A DNA stretch of 64,000 nucleotides from Leucoraja erinacea (Eukaryota): the NCBI RefSeq assembly GCF_028641065.1, contig NC_073379.1, forward strand, positions 111,724,001-111,788,000. Reading direction: 5' to 3'. Positions 34,011-47,012 of this stretch are shown here, piece by piece (position 1 is the first letter of the stretch; each line of letters starts with the position of its first letter). Position numbers and translations under genes: made by a program. Below the pieces are notes generated by a model. That model was not told the origin of the DNA. It worked only from the letters and a program-made list of their open reading frames with translations, and ran no database searches.

Positions 34011-35050
34011 TACTTTTAACCGGAACTCGAAAGAGGGCAGTCACCGAGGTACCAGTGTACTTGAGTAGAGTGACAGCCGCCGTTGAAAGAAGCTGTTCCT
34101 CGACCTGCTGGTTCGGCAACGGAGAGACCTGTAGCGCCTCCCGGATGGTAGGAGGGTAAACAGTCCATGGTTGGGATGAGAGCAGTCCTTGGCGATGCTG
34201 AGCGCCCTCCGCAGACAGCGCTTGCTTTGGACAGACTCAATGGAGGGGAGCGTGGAACCGGTGATGCGTTGGGCAATTTTCACCACCCTCTGCAATGCCT
34301 TCCGGTCGGAGATAGAGCAGTTGCCATACCATACTGTGATGCAGTTGGTAAGGTTGCTCTCGATGGTGCAGCGGTAGAAGTTCACCAGGATCTGAGGAGA
34401 CAGATGGACCTTCTTCAGTCTCCTCAGGAAGAAGAGACGCTGATGAGCCTTCTTGATCAGAGTAGAGATATTGTGGGTCCAAGAGAGGTCATCGGAGATG
34501 TTGACTCCCAGGAGCCTGAAGCTAGAAACACGTTCCACCTCCGTTCCCGTTAATGTGGATGGGGTGTGCGTGCCGCCTCTGGACTTCCTGAATTCTACAA
34601 TGAGCTCCTTGGTCTTCTTGGAGTTAAGGGCCAGGTTGTTGTCAGCGCACCATGCTGCTAAGTGCTGGACCTCCTCCCTGTAGGCCAGCTCATCGTTGTT
34701 GCTGATGAGGCCAATCACCGTTGTATCATCTGCATACTTGATGATGGTGTTAGTACCATGTACAGGTGTGCAGTCATCGGTGAAGAGGGAGTAGAGGAGG
34801 GGGCTCAGCACACAGCCCTGAGGAACATTCCGGTGTTCAGGGTGAGGGTTGAAGAGGTGTGCTTGTCTAACCTCACAGACTGGGGTCTGTTGGTTAGAAA
34901 GTCCAAAGTATCCAGTTGCAGAGGGAGGGGTCGAGATGACAGCTATATCAAACCAGGTGTTACCGAGTTTGGTGATCAGTTTTGATGGAATAATGGTGTT
35001 GAATGCTGAGCTGTAATCGATGAACAGCATTCTTACATAAGTGTCTCTGT
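33837..35050 (-). mobile_element. Rex1/Babar LINE, 5'-truncated RT + 3' UTR, (ATCTGA)n tail
   Basis: ORF 34041-35030: MLFIDYSSAFNTIIP, PQGCVLSPLLYSL, KYADDTT, KKAHQRLFFLRRL, with local frameshifts. Confidence 0.95.
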
Positions 35051-35310
35051 TACAGCACGGAAACAGGCCATCTCGGCCCTACAAGTCCGTGCCGAACAAA
35101 TTTTTTTTCCCTTTAGTCCCACCTGCCTGCACTCATACCATAACCCTCCATTCCCTTCTCATCCATATGCCTATCCAATTTATTTTTTAATGATACCAAT
35201 GAACCTGCCTCCACCACTTCCACTGAAAGCTCATTCCACACCGCTACCACTCTCTGAGTAAAGAAGTTCCCCCTCATATTACCCCATAAACTTCTGTCCC
35301 TTAATTCTGA
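35051..35310 (-). mobile_element. CR1 3' fragment (ATATGGTT family, tail lost)
   Basis: GNFFTQRVVAVWNEL...GRWD*, near-identical to 44070-44300. Confidence 0.9.
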
Positions 35311-35594
35311 AATACCTTCGATCTTCCAGCATCTGCAGTTCCTTCTTGAACACGCACTCTTATCAAGTACCATTTTCTTTTCTGTCAACTGCTAATTATA
35401 CCCATCATCTATCTCCCAGTTACAATGAATAGACATCAATGCTACTTTAAGACTATTATTCCAAATTATCACACAATTGGCAGTAGTCACTTAGCATCCT
35501 AAATTAATCTAAAATCTTTTTCAAAAATACAAAGATATTGAAGGATGTGAGGCAGAAGTGAAATATCATAAATTATTATTTTCAGTTATAAATG

Positions 35595-36157
35595 GTACTT
35601 TTAACCGGAACTCGAAAGAGGGAGCACATTACGCCAATTTTGGCCTCCCTTCACTGGCTCCCAGTGCACTTTCGAGTTCATTTTAAAATTATTTTATTTG
35701 TTTTTAAATCGTTGAATGGGCTCACCCCGCCTTACCTCTCTGAGCTGCTCCATCCATACGCTCCTGCCCGGTGCCTCAGGTCAGCTGATCAGCTGCTCCT
35801 TGAGGTACCGAGGTCTAAGCGGAAGCTCAGAGGGGATAGAGCCTTTTCTGTTGCTGCTCCGGCACTCTGGAACACCCTGCCGTTGCACATCAGACAGGCC
35901 CCCTCACTGTCCATCTTTAAATCCTCCCTAAATACTAATTTTTATTCACTGGCTTTCGACACTGGCTGAGACATTGCTCCTGTTTTTAGTGCTTTTAATG
36001 TCTTTTAATTTGTACTGTTTTATAGTCCTTTGTTTTACGGTTTTTAATGGTTTGTAATAACTTCTTGTCCATGAGTTCTCATGTACAGCACGTTGTGGCA
36101 ACTGTAGTTGCTTAAAGTGCTTTATAAATAAAGTTATTATTATTATTATTATTATTA
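35595..36157 (+). mobile_element. L2-clade LINE 3' fragment with (TTA)n tail
   Basis: HITPILASLHWLPV...FKIILFVFKSLNGL...GDRAFSVAAPALWNTLP; tail AAAGTGCTTTATAAATAAAG(TTA)n. Confidence 0.93.
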
Positions 36158-37045
36158 CTCGAATGGCCACAATCTTCCAACACATTTCTTCATAATATTT
36201 ATATGAAATATTAACTCTATTGATGGCAGAGATTTGAACAGTTCATTAACACGTAGAAACTCTGAATCTCAACATATAAATACTAACTTCAACCAGACTA
36301 AGTTCCAAATTTTCAGAGGTGGTGTGTGATGTTTTTCCTGCCTCGAACAGCTCAAAGATCAAAAAGTTATTTTTGTTCCAGTGAAATATTTTCAAAATAT
36401 TATTTATTTTGGTGGCCAAAATCATTTTTAAATGACATTAAACAGACTTTGGCCCATCAGAGACTGATGTAAAGTCTGTGTCGTTTTAAACCATAATGGG
36501 TTCAAGCTTTTGGTCCAAACAATCTAAAATCAGTTTGCCAGAACAGATGGAGTTTTCATTTATATTTGGAACCACACATACTTTGCTAAATATTTGCATT
36601 TGACTTGCCTCAAGGGACAAATAGCAGACACAAGTTTACTTTAAAGAGTGTGAGGTGGTAAGTTACCAAAAGAAAATAGATGTAAATCAAAAAAACATAG
36701 GCAGAGGTTACCATGAAGAGTTACCAAATTCTTTCTCAATCATTCCAGTCTATTAGTTGATAGTAATTGATTAGAATTTTCTGTCGCAGAGAATGTTTAA
36801 TACATATTCTTTGAATTTAATTCAAAATTGATAGCTTCTTAATTAGTAAGTGTCAAAGGTTATGGGGAGATGGCAGGAGAAGGGGGTTGAGATGACAGCT
36901 ATGATCAAATGGTGGAACAGACTCGATGGGCCAAACAGCCTCATTCTGCCCCTATGTCTTATGAACTTATGAATTGCAATATCAATATCTACCCATACAA
37001 TCCAATTGGAAATATTACCCAGTGTCAAAAGCTTAACCTACCTTA

Positions 37046-37272
37046 TGCCCCTGTCCCACTTAGGAAACCTGAACGGAAACCTCTGGAGACTTTGCGGCCC
37101 ACCCAAGGTTTCCGTGCAGTTCCCGGAGGTTTTTGTCAGTCTCTCTACCTGCTTCCACTACCTGCAACCTCCAGAAACCACCTGCAACCTCCGGGAACCG
37201 CACAGAAACCTTGGGTGGGGCGCAAAGTCTCCAGAGGTTTCCGTTCAGGTTTCCTAAGTGGGACAGGTAGCA
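37046..37272. mobile_element. Palindromic PIF/Harbinger-type MITE
   Basis: ~85-bp inverted arms starting TGCCCCTGTCCCACTTAGGAAACCTGAACGGAAACCTCTGGAGACTTTGCG. TTA TSD at 37043-37045 and 37273-37275. Confidence 0.92.
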
Positions 37273-37786
37273 TTACTCATCAAATGATTACATTTTCCAT
37301 GGGAATTATCTCCACATGAATCAAATCAACTTGCACAAGGCAAAGAGTAAATGTGAAAATGGAAGTGGAATGGAGGAAAAGAGAGTTATATCATTGCTCA
37401 TTTTTGCACCTGGGCTACAATAAATTATGAATCCTGTTCAGTTGGAGGTTAAAGGCAACGGGAAAACCACGACAAAATTAAACACAAACATCCAATTATT
37501 TAAGCTTTAAGGCAAGGCAGAATGGGGAAAAAACACAATGAGGCTTACTGTGACTGTGAAGTACCCTTGCGCAAGAGAGGTTAATTCAAAATGGATGGGA
37601 AGAATAGTTTATTGTTCAGAAAGAAAATTCATGTGTAGAGGAAACTTAGTTCTGGATCTTTGTTTATAGCAATCTTTCCTCTGTAAGTCTCATGTTTATT
37701 TTTCAAAAATCATTTTCCAAAATTGAGTTAAAAATATTACATTGCTATCTGCACAACATCTGATTTCATAGGGTGAGAGGGTTCAC

Positions 37787-38456
37787 TTTTAGTTTTTGTT
37801 GTTTTTTGGTTTTATTTTATTATGTTGTGTATAGGTGTGGGAACGGGGTGAAACGTGTTTTTGGTCTCTTCCTTCGGGGGGGGGGGGGGGGGGGTGCGAC
37901 TTCTCTTGTCGTATCCCCCGTGTCCGTCTCCGTCTGCGCCGAGGCCTAATGGCGGAGCTGGCGGCCTATGAGCTGGGGCAGCGTTCCAGCGGCAACATCG
38001 GAGCTGTGGCGTTCCGGCGGCAGCGGCGACCCGACAACGGAGCTGTGGCGTTCTGGCGGCTGCGGCGAACAACGGAGCTGTGGAGTTCCAGCGGCGAGCA
38101 GCGACCGATGACCTCGGAGGATCGGCCACGACGATAGCGTCGGGAGCTCACAGGTCGCCTCGGAGCAGAGGGAGAACAAGGAGGGAATAGACACGGACTT
38201 TAAGATTTTTGTCTCTCATCACAGTAAGGAGGTGCCTGGGGAACTCACTGTGCTGGATGTTAAGTTGGGTTTATTGTGTGTTTTTGTCATTTTTATTATA
38301 TGTATTCAGATTCAGATTCAATTTGAATTGTCATTGTCAGTGTACAGTACAGAGACAACAAAATGCATTTAGCATGTATGACTGCAAGGCAACGAAATTT
38401 TGTTCAGGCCGATAGGTCTAAATGACAATAAAGGCTACTTTGCTTACTTTACTTTA
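37787..38456 (+). mobile_element. GC-rich non-autonomous retroelement (family A) with nested Rex1 tail (38306-38373, minus, TSD ATGTAT)
   Basis: Shares 5' and 3' blocks with 30304-31193; internal CGGAGCTGTGGCGTTCYGGCGGC repeats; (ACTTT)n tail. Confidence 0.8.
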
Positions 38457-40457
38457 CAAGAAGCTAAAAAGAGTCTTTTGGTTGCACTTACACCAAAGGA
38501 CCATGCCCACATGGTTGGTAAACATAATTTAGCAGCTGCATAGGCTTATTAAAGTGATGCACATTTTAATGTAGCAGACATCCCACATGACCGACAACCC
38601 ATACAGGAACTAATGTCCGTTTTAATGGCAAGATGTTAACAAGGTGGCTGTGGTCTGTTTTACATCTTCCCTCTCTTTCTACAACACCTCCCTTCTCCAA
38701 GCTCAAGGGAATTTAAAATTCAGTTTTCCTAATTATAAACTATTTTTCTCTGATCATCGGGTTTCATATCCAATTGTGCACCATTTTGCTTTGCTGCTAC
38801 TGCGTTAATTTGCTTGGAAAGTGTTGAGGAATTCAGTTTACAAGCTTAGGGTACTCCAATATTTAACATTCAGCTTCAAAAGGATTATTGCTTTCGAGGA
38901 TTTGACACGACTAAATGGAAGATGTGAAATGGGTTTTCAAGTATAACTAATTTGCTGTAGAGTCATAAATTAGAATGTCTGAAGCATTTAACACTGCTGG
39001 TGTAGTTGTCATCACTGCTGATGTATACAATGAATTCACAGATTAATTGGAGGGACAGTAAAATAGTTAAATTTAGTAAACTGAATACCTCATACTCATG
39101 ACGTAAGTAGTGAAGTTTTTCCTTGCATGCAAGGTGAACAGATCCCCACTATATATTTTATGTATGCATGTGGAGATAATTTTATTTAAATGACCATTAA
39201 CATTGTATAAATTGTTAACTTGAGCAGGGATTATTACAAGTGCAGGCAGGTGTTCTAATATTCTTATTTATTTAGTTATATGAGCTACCTTTCATCTCTG
39301 TCCAAAGGTGACCAGCTGGCAAATTTTTAGAAAACTTAATTTTATGGGAGCAAATTTTAAATACCTCTCGACTCACTTGGAGCCAAATCCAAGTCAACTG
39401 TAATGTTTGGAAAATATTTGGGCTTGTGCCCTTACAAATGTTAAACAAACTTGATTTATTAATTATGAATAGGCATCATGGTGCACTTGTTTGTAAACGG
39501 CATGATGTTATGAAGAATGTTAATGTTCAAAGTACAGATTAGATAACCATTGTATTTATAATGTGCCTTAACATCTTCAAACCCTGTTTAAGTATTTTTG
39601 GCATCTTAGAAAGTGCAGAACAAATTCCATTGCAACCACTAATACCAGTTTTGTTATCCTCTTCCCCAATACGATCAAACAATTAGCCTTGTCCCTTTCA
39701 AAAACGTTCCTGAGTTCAAAAAACGTTCCTGAATTCAACCTAGATCTTCGGTGTGGTCTTGAGGCATTTCATTTCCTAATAAACATTAAAAGCCAATGTC
39801 TCTCCGTCCATTAATTAATTAATTTTAGGGTACACTGACTGTGATTATATGGGGTCATCACAGAGCCAGGGGTGCCGTTATTTGAATGTTGGGGTGCAGT
39901 CACTAAAATTTAGAAGCACAAAATAAGAGTAGAAATTCCATTTGTAGGCACGTGCCTATTGCTCCAAAACCCCATGGAACATTCATATGTGAAACACTGT
40001 AAATATTAATCAGAGTAGAAAATTACTACAGTTTACTTAGGTGGATATATAAATGTTAGAAATTATGATACAGTCATGATTATTTTTCAACCTTCACGAA
40101 AAATTCTACTTCGCACATTACAAAAATCTGTTTTAGTACATTGAGTGAAATCCCTGTTTAATATTTTGTAGTACATTTGTTTCTCTTTCATGTAAAATTG
40201 CCTCTGCAGTCTCTGCTTGAAGCAAAATATTGTTTCTATACCTGGTGTGTGGTCTGATTTATTTCTTTTTTGTCTGGGTCACACAAACTTTCTATTTTAG
40301 TTTAAATGATCATATTTGCTTTAAAGAAACTAAAGGAAAGCCAAAACCAAATGAGCAGTTTGGTGATGTCATCATGACAAGTGTTCGCAACAGTGATCCA
40401 GAAAGTAGCTGCACCATTGCTGCCATGGATAAGATTAGCTAAATCAGTAGGCTGGGA

Positions 40458-40672
40458 TAAACACAAAAAGCTGGAGTAACTCAGCGGGGCAGGCAACATT
40501 TCTGGAGAGAAGGAATGGGCGACGTTTCGGGCCAAAACCCTTCTGAGTGTGAAGAAGGGTCTCGACCCGAAACGTCACCCATTCCTTCTCTCCAGAGACG
40601 CTGCCTGTCCCGCTGAGTTACTTTTTTGTGTCTATTTTTGCTTTAAACCAGCATTGCAGTTCCTTCTTACAC
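40458..40672. mobile_element. Fold-back Penelope terminal element
   Basis: Inverted arms meet at CCCTTCTGAGTGTGAAGAAGGGTCTCGACCCGAAACGTC. Confidence 0.88.
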
Positions 40673-40939
40673 AGTAGACTAGGAACCAGACTTAGTCTCC
40701 AGGACTAATAAGGAGACAGATCTAGCATGATTTGTACTCCCACATCTGATTGTTACTCAAGAATATGCTGAGGCAACATTGTGATAAAAACAAGAGAGGA
40801 ACATGTGAACACATATGTATGGCCCTTGAGTGAACGTAGAATTACTTCTGACACCAAAGCATTCTTTGCCTTAATACCTGTATTGTTTCTTTACTCAGAA
40901 ACACAATGAAAGAGACTTGTGGGAGGGTTAGATGAGGTA

Positions 40940-41890
40940 ATTGCACCAGGGTAAGGGAACCAAGAACCGGAGGATGTAGGTTTAAGGTGAGTGGGGAAAG
41001 ATTTAATAGGAACCCAAGGGGTGACTTTTTCCACACAAAGAGTGGTGATGGAACAAGCTGCCAAAGGAGATAGTCGAGGCAGATACGATCACAACATTTA
41101 AAAGACATTTGGACAGGTACATGGATAGGAGAGGTTGAGCAAGATATGGGCCAAAACACAGACAGGTGGGACTAGTGTAGATGGGGCATCTTGGTTGGCA
41201 TGGACAAGTTAGTCCGAAGTGCATGTTATGTTGCATGACTCTAGGATTAGTTCAGAATGTCAGCGATTTTGTTTCCCATTGGTTGATACTTAGTCATAGA
41301 GTGATACAGCATGGAAACAGGCCCTTCGGCACAACTTGCCCACATCGGCCAACATGTCCTCGATACACTAGTCCCACCTGCCCACGTTTAGTCCATATCC
41401 TTAAACCTGTCAAATCCGTGTACCTGTCTAACGGTTTCTTAAACGTTGGCCCTGCCTCAACTACCTCCTCTGGCAGCTTGTTCCATACACTCACCACCCT
41501 TTGTGTGAAAATGTTACCACCTCAGATTCCTATTAAATATTTTCCCCTTCACCTTAAACCTATGTTCTCTCGTCCTCGAATCACCTACTCTGGGCAAGAG
41601 ACCCGATCTATTCCTCTCATGATTTTATACACCTCCATAAGATCATCCCTCATCCTCCTGCACAGCATGGAATAGAAGAGACCCAGCCTACTCAACCTCT
41701 CCCTATAGCTCACACCCTCTAGTCCTGGCAACATCCTCGTAAATCTTCTCTGTACCCTTTCCAGCTGGACAACATCTTTCCTATAACATGGTGCCCAGGA
41801 CGGAACACAATACACTAAATGCGGCCTCATCAATGTCTTATACAACTGCAACATGACCTCCCAACCTCAATACTCTGATTGATGTAGGCC
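40940..41890. mobile_element. Tail-to-tail pair of CR1 3' fragments (~40940-41230 plus; ~41290-41890 minus)
   Basis: WNKLPEEVVEAG and LERVQRRFTRMLPGL motifs on the minus copy; a homologous 3' end on the plus copy. Confidence 0.85.
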
Positions 41891-42199
41891 TTATAAAGAC
41901 TTATGGGCATACAGCAGAGAAATAGGCTCTTTGAGCATGACCATGCCAACCATCTCATACCTATCTTTACATTTACCAGCACTTGCCACATAGTGTTCTA
42001 TTCCTCGGCAAGTCAAGCATTCATCTCTTACTTCTTAACTACCGAAAGAGTACCGGCTTCCACTTCCCTTTTAGGTGGTGCATTCCAGATTTCAATTAGC
42101 CTCTGAATTAAACTTTCTTTGTCAGATCTCCTCTAATATCTTTTCCCTTCTCTTCAACCAATACTTCAGTTTTAGATACCGTTGCAATGGAAAAAGGTC

Positions 42200-42890
42200 A
42201 ATGAGGTAGTCAATTGGCTACAGAATTGGCTTGGTGGTAGGATTCAGAGGGTGATAGTGGAGAGCTGATCTTTAGATTGGATGCCTGTGATCAGTGACGG
42301 GTGGTAGGGATCTGTGCTTGGTCAGCAGTTGCTCATCATTAATGATCTATCTGGATGTGAATCTAGACACAATATGCTGGAGTGACACAGCGGGACAGGC
42401 AGCATCTCTGGAGAGAAGGAGTGGGTGGCGTTTCGGGTCGAGACCCTTCTACAGAATATATGGGATGTCAATTATATGAGAATATAGTTGGCATGGTTAA
42501 TACGTTTGTGAAATACACCAAAGTTGGTTATGTAATGACAGTGAAGGCCATTTAAGACTACAGTAGGCATCTAGAACCAACTGGGAAAGTGAATCGAGGA
42601 ATGGCAGATGGAATTTAACTATGACAAGTGCAAAGCGTTGCATTTTGATAAGTTAAACCAGAGCGGGACTTGGATGGTGAATGGTAGAGCACAGGAGAAA
42701 GGTGAAAAGCAGAGAGATCTAGGGTACATTTACATAGCTCCACAAATTGGCTACACAGGTAGACAGGGTAATGATGAAAACATTTGACATGCTGACTTTC
42801 ATTTGTCAGGCCAATGAGCACAAGAGTTGGGATGTCATGTTACAACTATGCAAGATGTTGGTGAGATGACACTTGGACTATTTTGTGCCT
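42200..42890 (+). mobile_element. Decayed CR1 RT fragment with a Penelope remnant inserted (~42365-42450)
   Basis: WQMEFNYDKCKALHF-type motif and SWDVMLQL. Confidence 0.75.
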
Positions 42891-43049
42891 CTTGCAAGTT
42901 GCTTCTCCCCGTCGAACTCTTTGCCAAGTCCTGTCATGATATTTAATCGACCTTCACCCTAATTCAGGACCTTAATGTTGCAATCAATTTCCAATTGAGG
43001 AGCTCACTCTGGATCCCACGTCGATCGTATAGTTTAGTTTAGTTTATAC

Positions 43050-43320
43050 CTCAGTAATGAGAAGGTGAAGAAAACATTTCAGCCATTTGGTCCGTGCAGG
43101 TTTTGAGAATGCAACCAGGTACACTATCAGGTCCAGTCGTTTTTGGAGGGTTCACCCTCCTGAAGGATCTTCTGATGTCGGCTTCGGTGATTGAGATTGC
43201 AATATCATTGAGGGCTATGGGGCCTGGAGAAGGAACATCAGTGTTCTCTCTGTCGAACCGTGTGTAGAACGCATTGAGCTCATCCATGCCTCGCTGTCGC
43301 TTCAGCTGCCACTTAGTTTC
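43050..43320 (-). mobile_element. Decayed Rex1 internal fragment
   Basis: DELNAFYTRFD...RVNPPKTTGPDSVPGCILKTC. Confidence 0.8.
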
Positions 43321-43474
43321 TCCTTGCAGGGAGTGATGAAGTGCAAGCCCTGCCACATATGATTTATCCACAAATTTATCCATCTTTATTCCCTTTAAAA
43401 CTGCCACCAGCTCCTTTTCTGTAATATTGAAATTACTGCCGACATAAGTGAAAGAAAAGAGAATAGTGATTTAG

Positions 43475-44328
43475 GCCATTTGGAAAAATGGGCTGAAAGA
43501 TGGCAGATGGAGTTTAATGCTGATAAATGTGAGGTGCTACACCTTGGCAGGACAAATCAAAATAGGACGTACATGGTAAATGGTAGGGAATTGAAGAATA
43601 CAGTTGAACAGAGGGATTTGGGTATAACCGTGCATAGTTCCTTGAAGGTGGAATCTCATATAGATAGGGTGGTAAAGAAAGCTTTTGGTATGCTAGCCTT
43701 TATAAATCAGAGCATTGAGTATAGAAGCTAGGATGTAATGTTAAAATTGCACAAGGCATTGGTGAGACCAAATCTGGGGTATGGTGTACAATTTTGGTCG
43801 CCCAATTATAGGAAGGATGTCAACAAAATAGAGAGAGTACAGAGGAGATTTACTAGAATGTTGCCTGGGTTTCAACAACTAAGTTACAGAGATAGGTTGA
43901 ATAAGTTAGGTCTTTATTCTCTGGAGCGCAGAAGGTTAAGGGGGGACTTGATAGAGGTATTTAAAATTATGAGAAGGATAGACAGAGTTGATATGGACAA
44001 GCTTTTCCCTTTGAGAATAGGGAAGATTCAAACAAGAGGACATGACTTCAGAGTTAAGGGACAGAAGTTTAGGGGTAATATGAGGGGGAACTTCTTTACT
44101 CAGAGAGTGGTTGCGGTGTGGAATGAGCTTCCAGTGGAAGTGGTGGAGGCAGGTTCGTTGGTATAATTTAAAAATAAATTGGATAGGCATATGGATGAGA
44201 AGGGAATGGAGGGTTATGGTATGAGTGCAGGCAGGTGGGACTAAGGGGAAAAAAAGTTGTTCGGCACGGACTTGTAGGGCCGAGATGGCCTGTTTCCGTG
44301 CTGTAATTGTTATATGGTTATATGGTTA
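43475..44328 (+). mobile_element. CR1 3' fragment (ATATGGTT-tail family)
   Basis: WAERWQMEFNADKCEVLH...GRWD*, with stops; tail TATATGGTTATATGGTT. Confidence 0.95.
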
Positions 44329-44784
44329 ATAAAATTGTCAGTGTCCTTACTAGTTTAAAATATTCTTAAACTTTGACTGGTGTGCTCTCTGTATTCTTCG
44401 AATAAATAGTTCAACTTCAGCAGCTTAATCTGAATGTCCAAATTCCACCAGAAAATTAAATGCCTAGGTTTAAGTAGTATCCAGCCATATAAAAATGATT
44501 TGCTTCATCATTCCACATCATATAAGGGGATGCAAAAGTGATGCTCACAATATACTATTTGCCAGAACTACTTCCCAATCAAAATCTGGGCTTTAATGCA
44601 AATTCAATAATTGTAAGATATGCTTTCAACTGCAACACACAAAACATTGCTAACATAATCTTGCAGCTGGCAATCAATGGATGTCTGGCAGCTACAAGAT
44701 CATAGCAATGTCTTTCCAAGTAATGCAACTTAAAATACATTTCATTTTTTGTCTCACACCAACTCTCAGAAAAGACTGTACAAA

Positions 44785-45135
44785 CAAGGAACTGCAGATG
44801 CTGGTTAATACACAAAAGGACACATAGTGCTGGAGTAACTCAAGTCAGGCAGCGTCTCTGGAGAACATAGATACAAGACCAAAGATAGGCACAAAAAGCT
44901 GGAGTAACTCAACGGGTCAGACAGCATCTCTGGAGAAAAGGAATAGTTGACATTTTGGGTCGAGACCCTTCTTCAGACTGAGTCAGGGGAAAGGGAAACA
45001 AGAGATATAGAGGGTGATACGGAGAGATATAGAACAAATGAATGAAATATATAGCAAAAAGTAACGATGATAAAGGAAACAGCCCACTGTTAGCTGTGTT
45101 GTTAGGTGAGAACGAGCTAGACAATGAGATACTGA
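44785..45135 (-). mobile_element. Tandem Penelope-like terminal remnants
   Basis: Two GCTGGAGTAACTCA...TCTCTGGAGAA modules plus upstream body homologous to 1340-1430. Confidence 0.8.
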
Positions 45136-46109
45136 CTCAACGGTCTCATTCTCCCATTTATTCTGCAGTTTCCTATTCTCTCTCACCTGCGAATCAACTT
45201 CCCTTGATTCTCCTACAATCCACCTACACTTGAGACAATTTACAGCAGACAATTAACTTTCCAAGATCTCCACGGGGTGTAGGAGGAAACTGAACACTGG
45301 GGAAAGCCACTACTTCACAGCAAAATCCTGAATATTCAAGAAAAGAAGCACCCAAGGACGGATTGAACCTGCATCAATGCAACAGCGTAGCAAAGGCATT
45401 AACTGTTGCATCACTGTGCCTTCTACTACACTGTATAAAATGCATAACGGCATCAATCAAAAAAGATGGAATGCATACTGCAAACGAAAGGGACAGTTGA
45501 GGTTTAGGGCTGGGACCCTCCCTTTGCACTGCTCGCAGAAATACAAACTGTGCATTTCATTCCACAGATGCTACCTGACCTGCTGAGTTCCTCCAGCAGA
45601 TTGCTTTGTTTCCACCAGCATGTTGGCTGGAATAGAGCACTTCAGTTATGAGGAGAAAATGAAAAAGCCGAGTTTGTTTTCCCTAGAGCAAAGGAAACAT
45701 AGGGGTCTGGACCCGATTACGAAGATTATAGATAAGAGTAGACAATACAAAACTTTTGCCCATAGCAGGTCTAAAACTAGAGGGTGTAGGTTTGAATAAG
45801 GAGTGAAAGGTTTAGAGTGGATCTGAGGAATTGCACCCGATTGTGGCTTTTAGCACCCGAATATTCACCAGAAGGTGGTTGGGTCTTCGATGCTCTGTCT
45901 GAGTGGATAATGGAAGCACTTACTCTCACAACATTATAATATCTGAATAACCACTTGAATTACTGCAGCTCAGAACACTACGGCTCAGATACTGGTCCTT
46001 GACCGTCGAAGAAGGAAGGCATGTTTTCATACTGTATGACTTAATGGCTCTATCAATGACTAAAATGACCATGTCAAGGACACTTTAAATCATTCAGGAA
46101 TCATTACTT

Positions 46110-46420
46110 GCCGTGTTTAAGAAGGAACTACAGATGCGGGATAAATCGAAGGTAGATAAAAAAATCAGATTCAGATTCAGATTCAATCTTTATTGTCATT
46201 GTGCAGTGTACAGTACAGAGACAACGAAATGCAGTAAGCATCTCACCCAGAAGAGCGAACATAGAATAATGCTGGAGAAACTCAGCGGGTGAGGCAGCAT
46301 CTATGGAGCGAAGGAATAGGTGGCGTTTCTGGTCGAGAACCTTCTTCAGACTGATGTGGGGGTGGTGGGGGAGGGGGGGAGGGGGGGGAAGAAGAAAGGA
46401 AGAGGCGGAGGCAGTGGGCT
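46110..46420 (-). mobile_element. Penelope 3' end with nested Rex1 tail (~46165-46268)
   Basis: Matches the reverse complement of 53040-53215; an (ATTCAG)n Rex1 tail is inserted. Confidence 0.8.
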
Positions 46421-46767
46421 CCGTGATATTACTTTCCGTTATGTACTTTTTGTTTTGTGACTAAAAAAAGGTCATAGATTGTAGCATATTGTTCCATATT
46501 ATACATAAGTAATGAGCATATTGATGATTACCATTAAGTGCACAAATTGTGACAGAAAAATTGTAATTACAATTAATTATAATGAATTTAATATGTATGT
46601 AAACATGCAAGGAATTTGTGGAAACATACACGGAAAATGACATTAGAACGAATCATCAAAAGGACCCAGTTTGATTTTCAAATAAGCCGAACTTTAACAA
46701 AGACTGGTTGCAAACACTTGAAAAATATGAAAAATGCCTTTCTGCCTGATTTATGCATAATATAAAC

Positions 46768-47012
46768 AGAGAAACATAGACATTAGGTGCAGGAGTAGGC
46801 CATTCGGCCCTTCGAGCCTGCACCGCCATTCAAAATGATCATGGCTGATCATCCAACTCAGTATCCCGTACCTGCCTTCTCTCCATACCCCCTGATCCCC
46901 TTAGCCACAAGGGCCACATCTAACTCCCTCTTAAATATAGCCAATGAACTGTGGCCTCAACTACCCTCTGTAGCAGAGAGTTCCAGAGATTTACCACTCT
47001 CTGTGTGAAAAA
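46768..47012 (-). mobile_element. CR1 3' fragment
   Basis: Reverse complement of 10185-10430. Confidence 0.92.

Noticed and set aside
21501-39958. CAGGCACGTGCC at 21501 and GGCACGTGCCTA at ~39947 as TIRs of an 18-kb transposon
   Set aside because: The motif is a self-palindrome, the flanks give no TSD (ATCCATTT vs TTGCTCCA), and no transposase lies between them.
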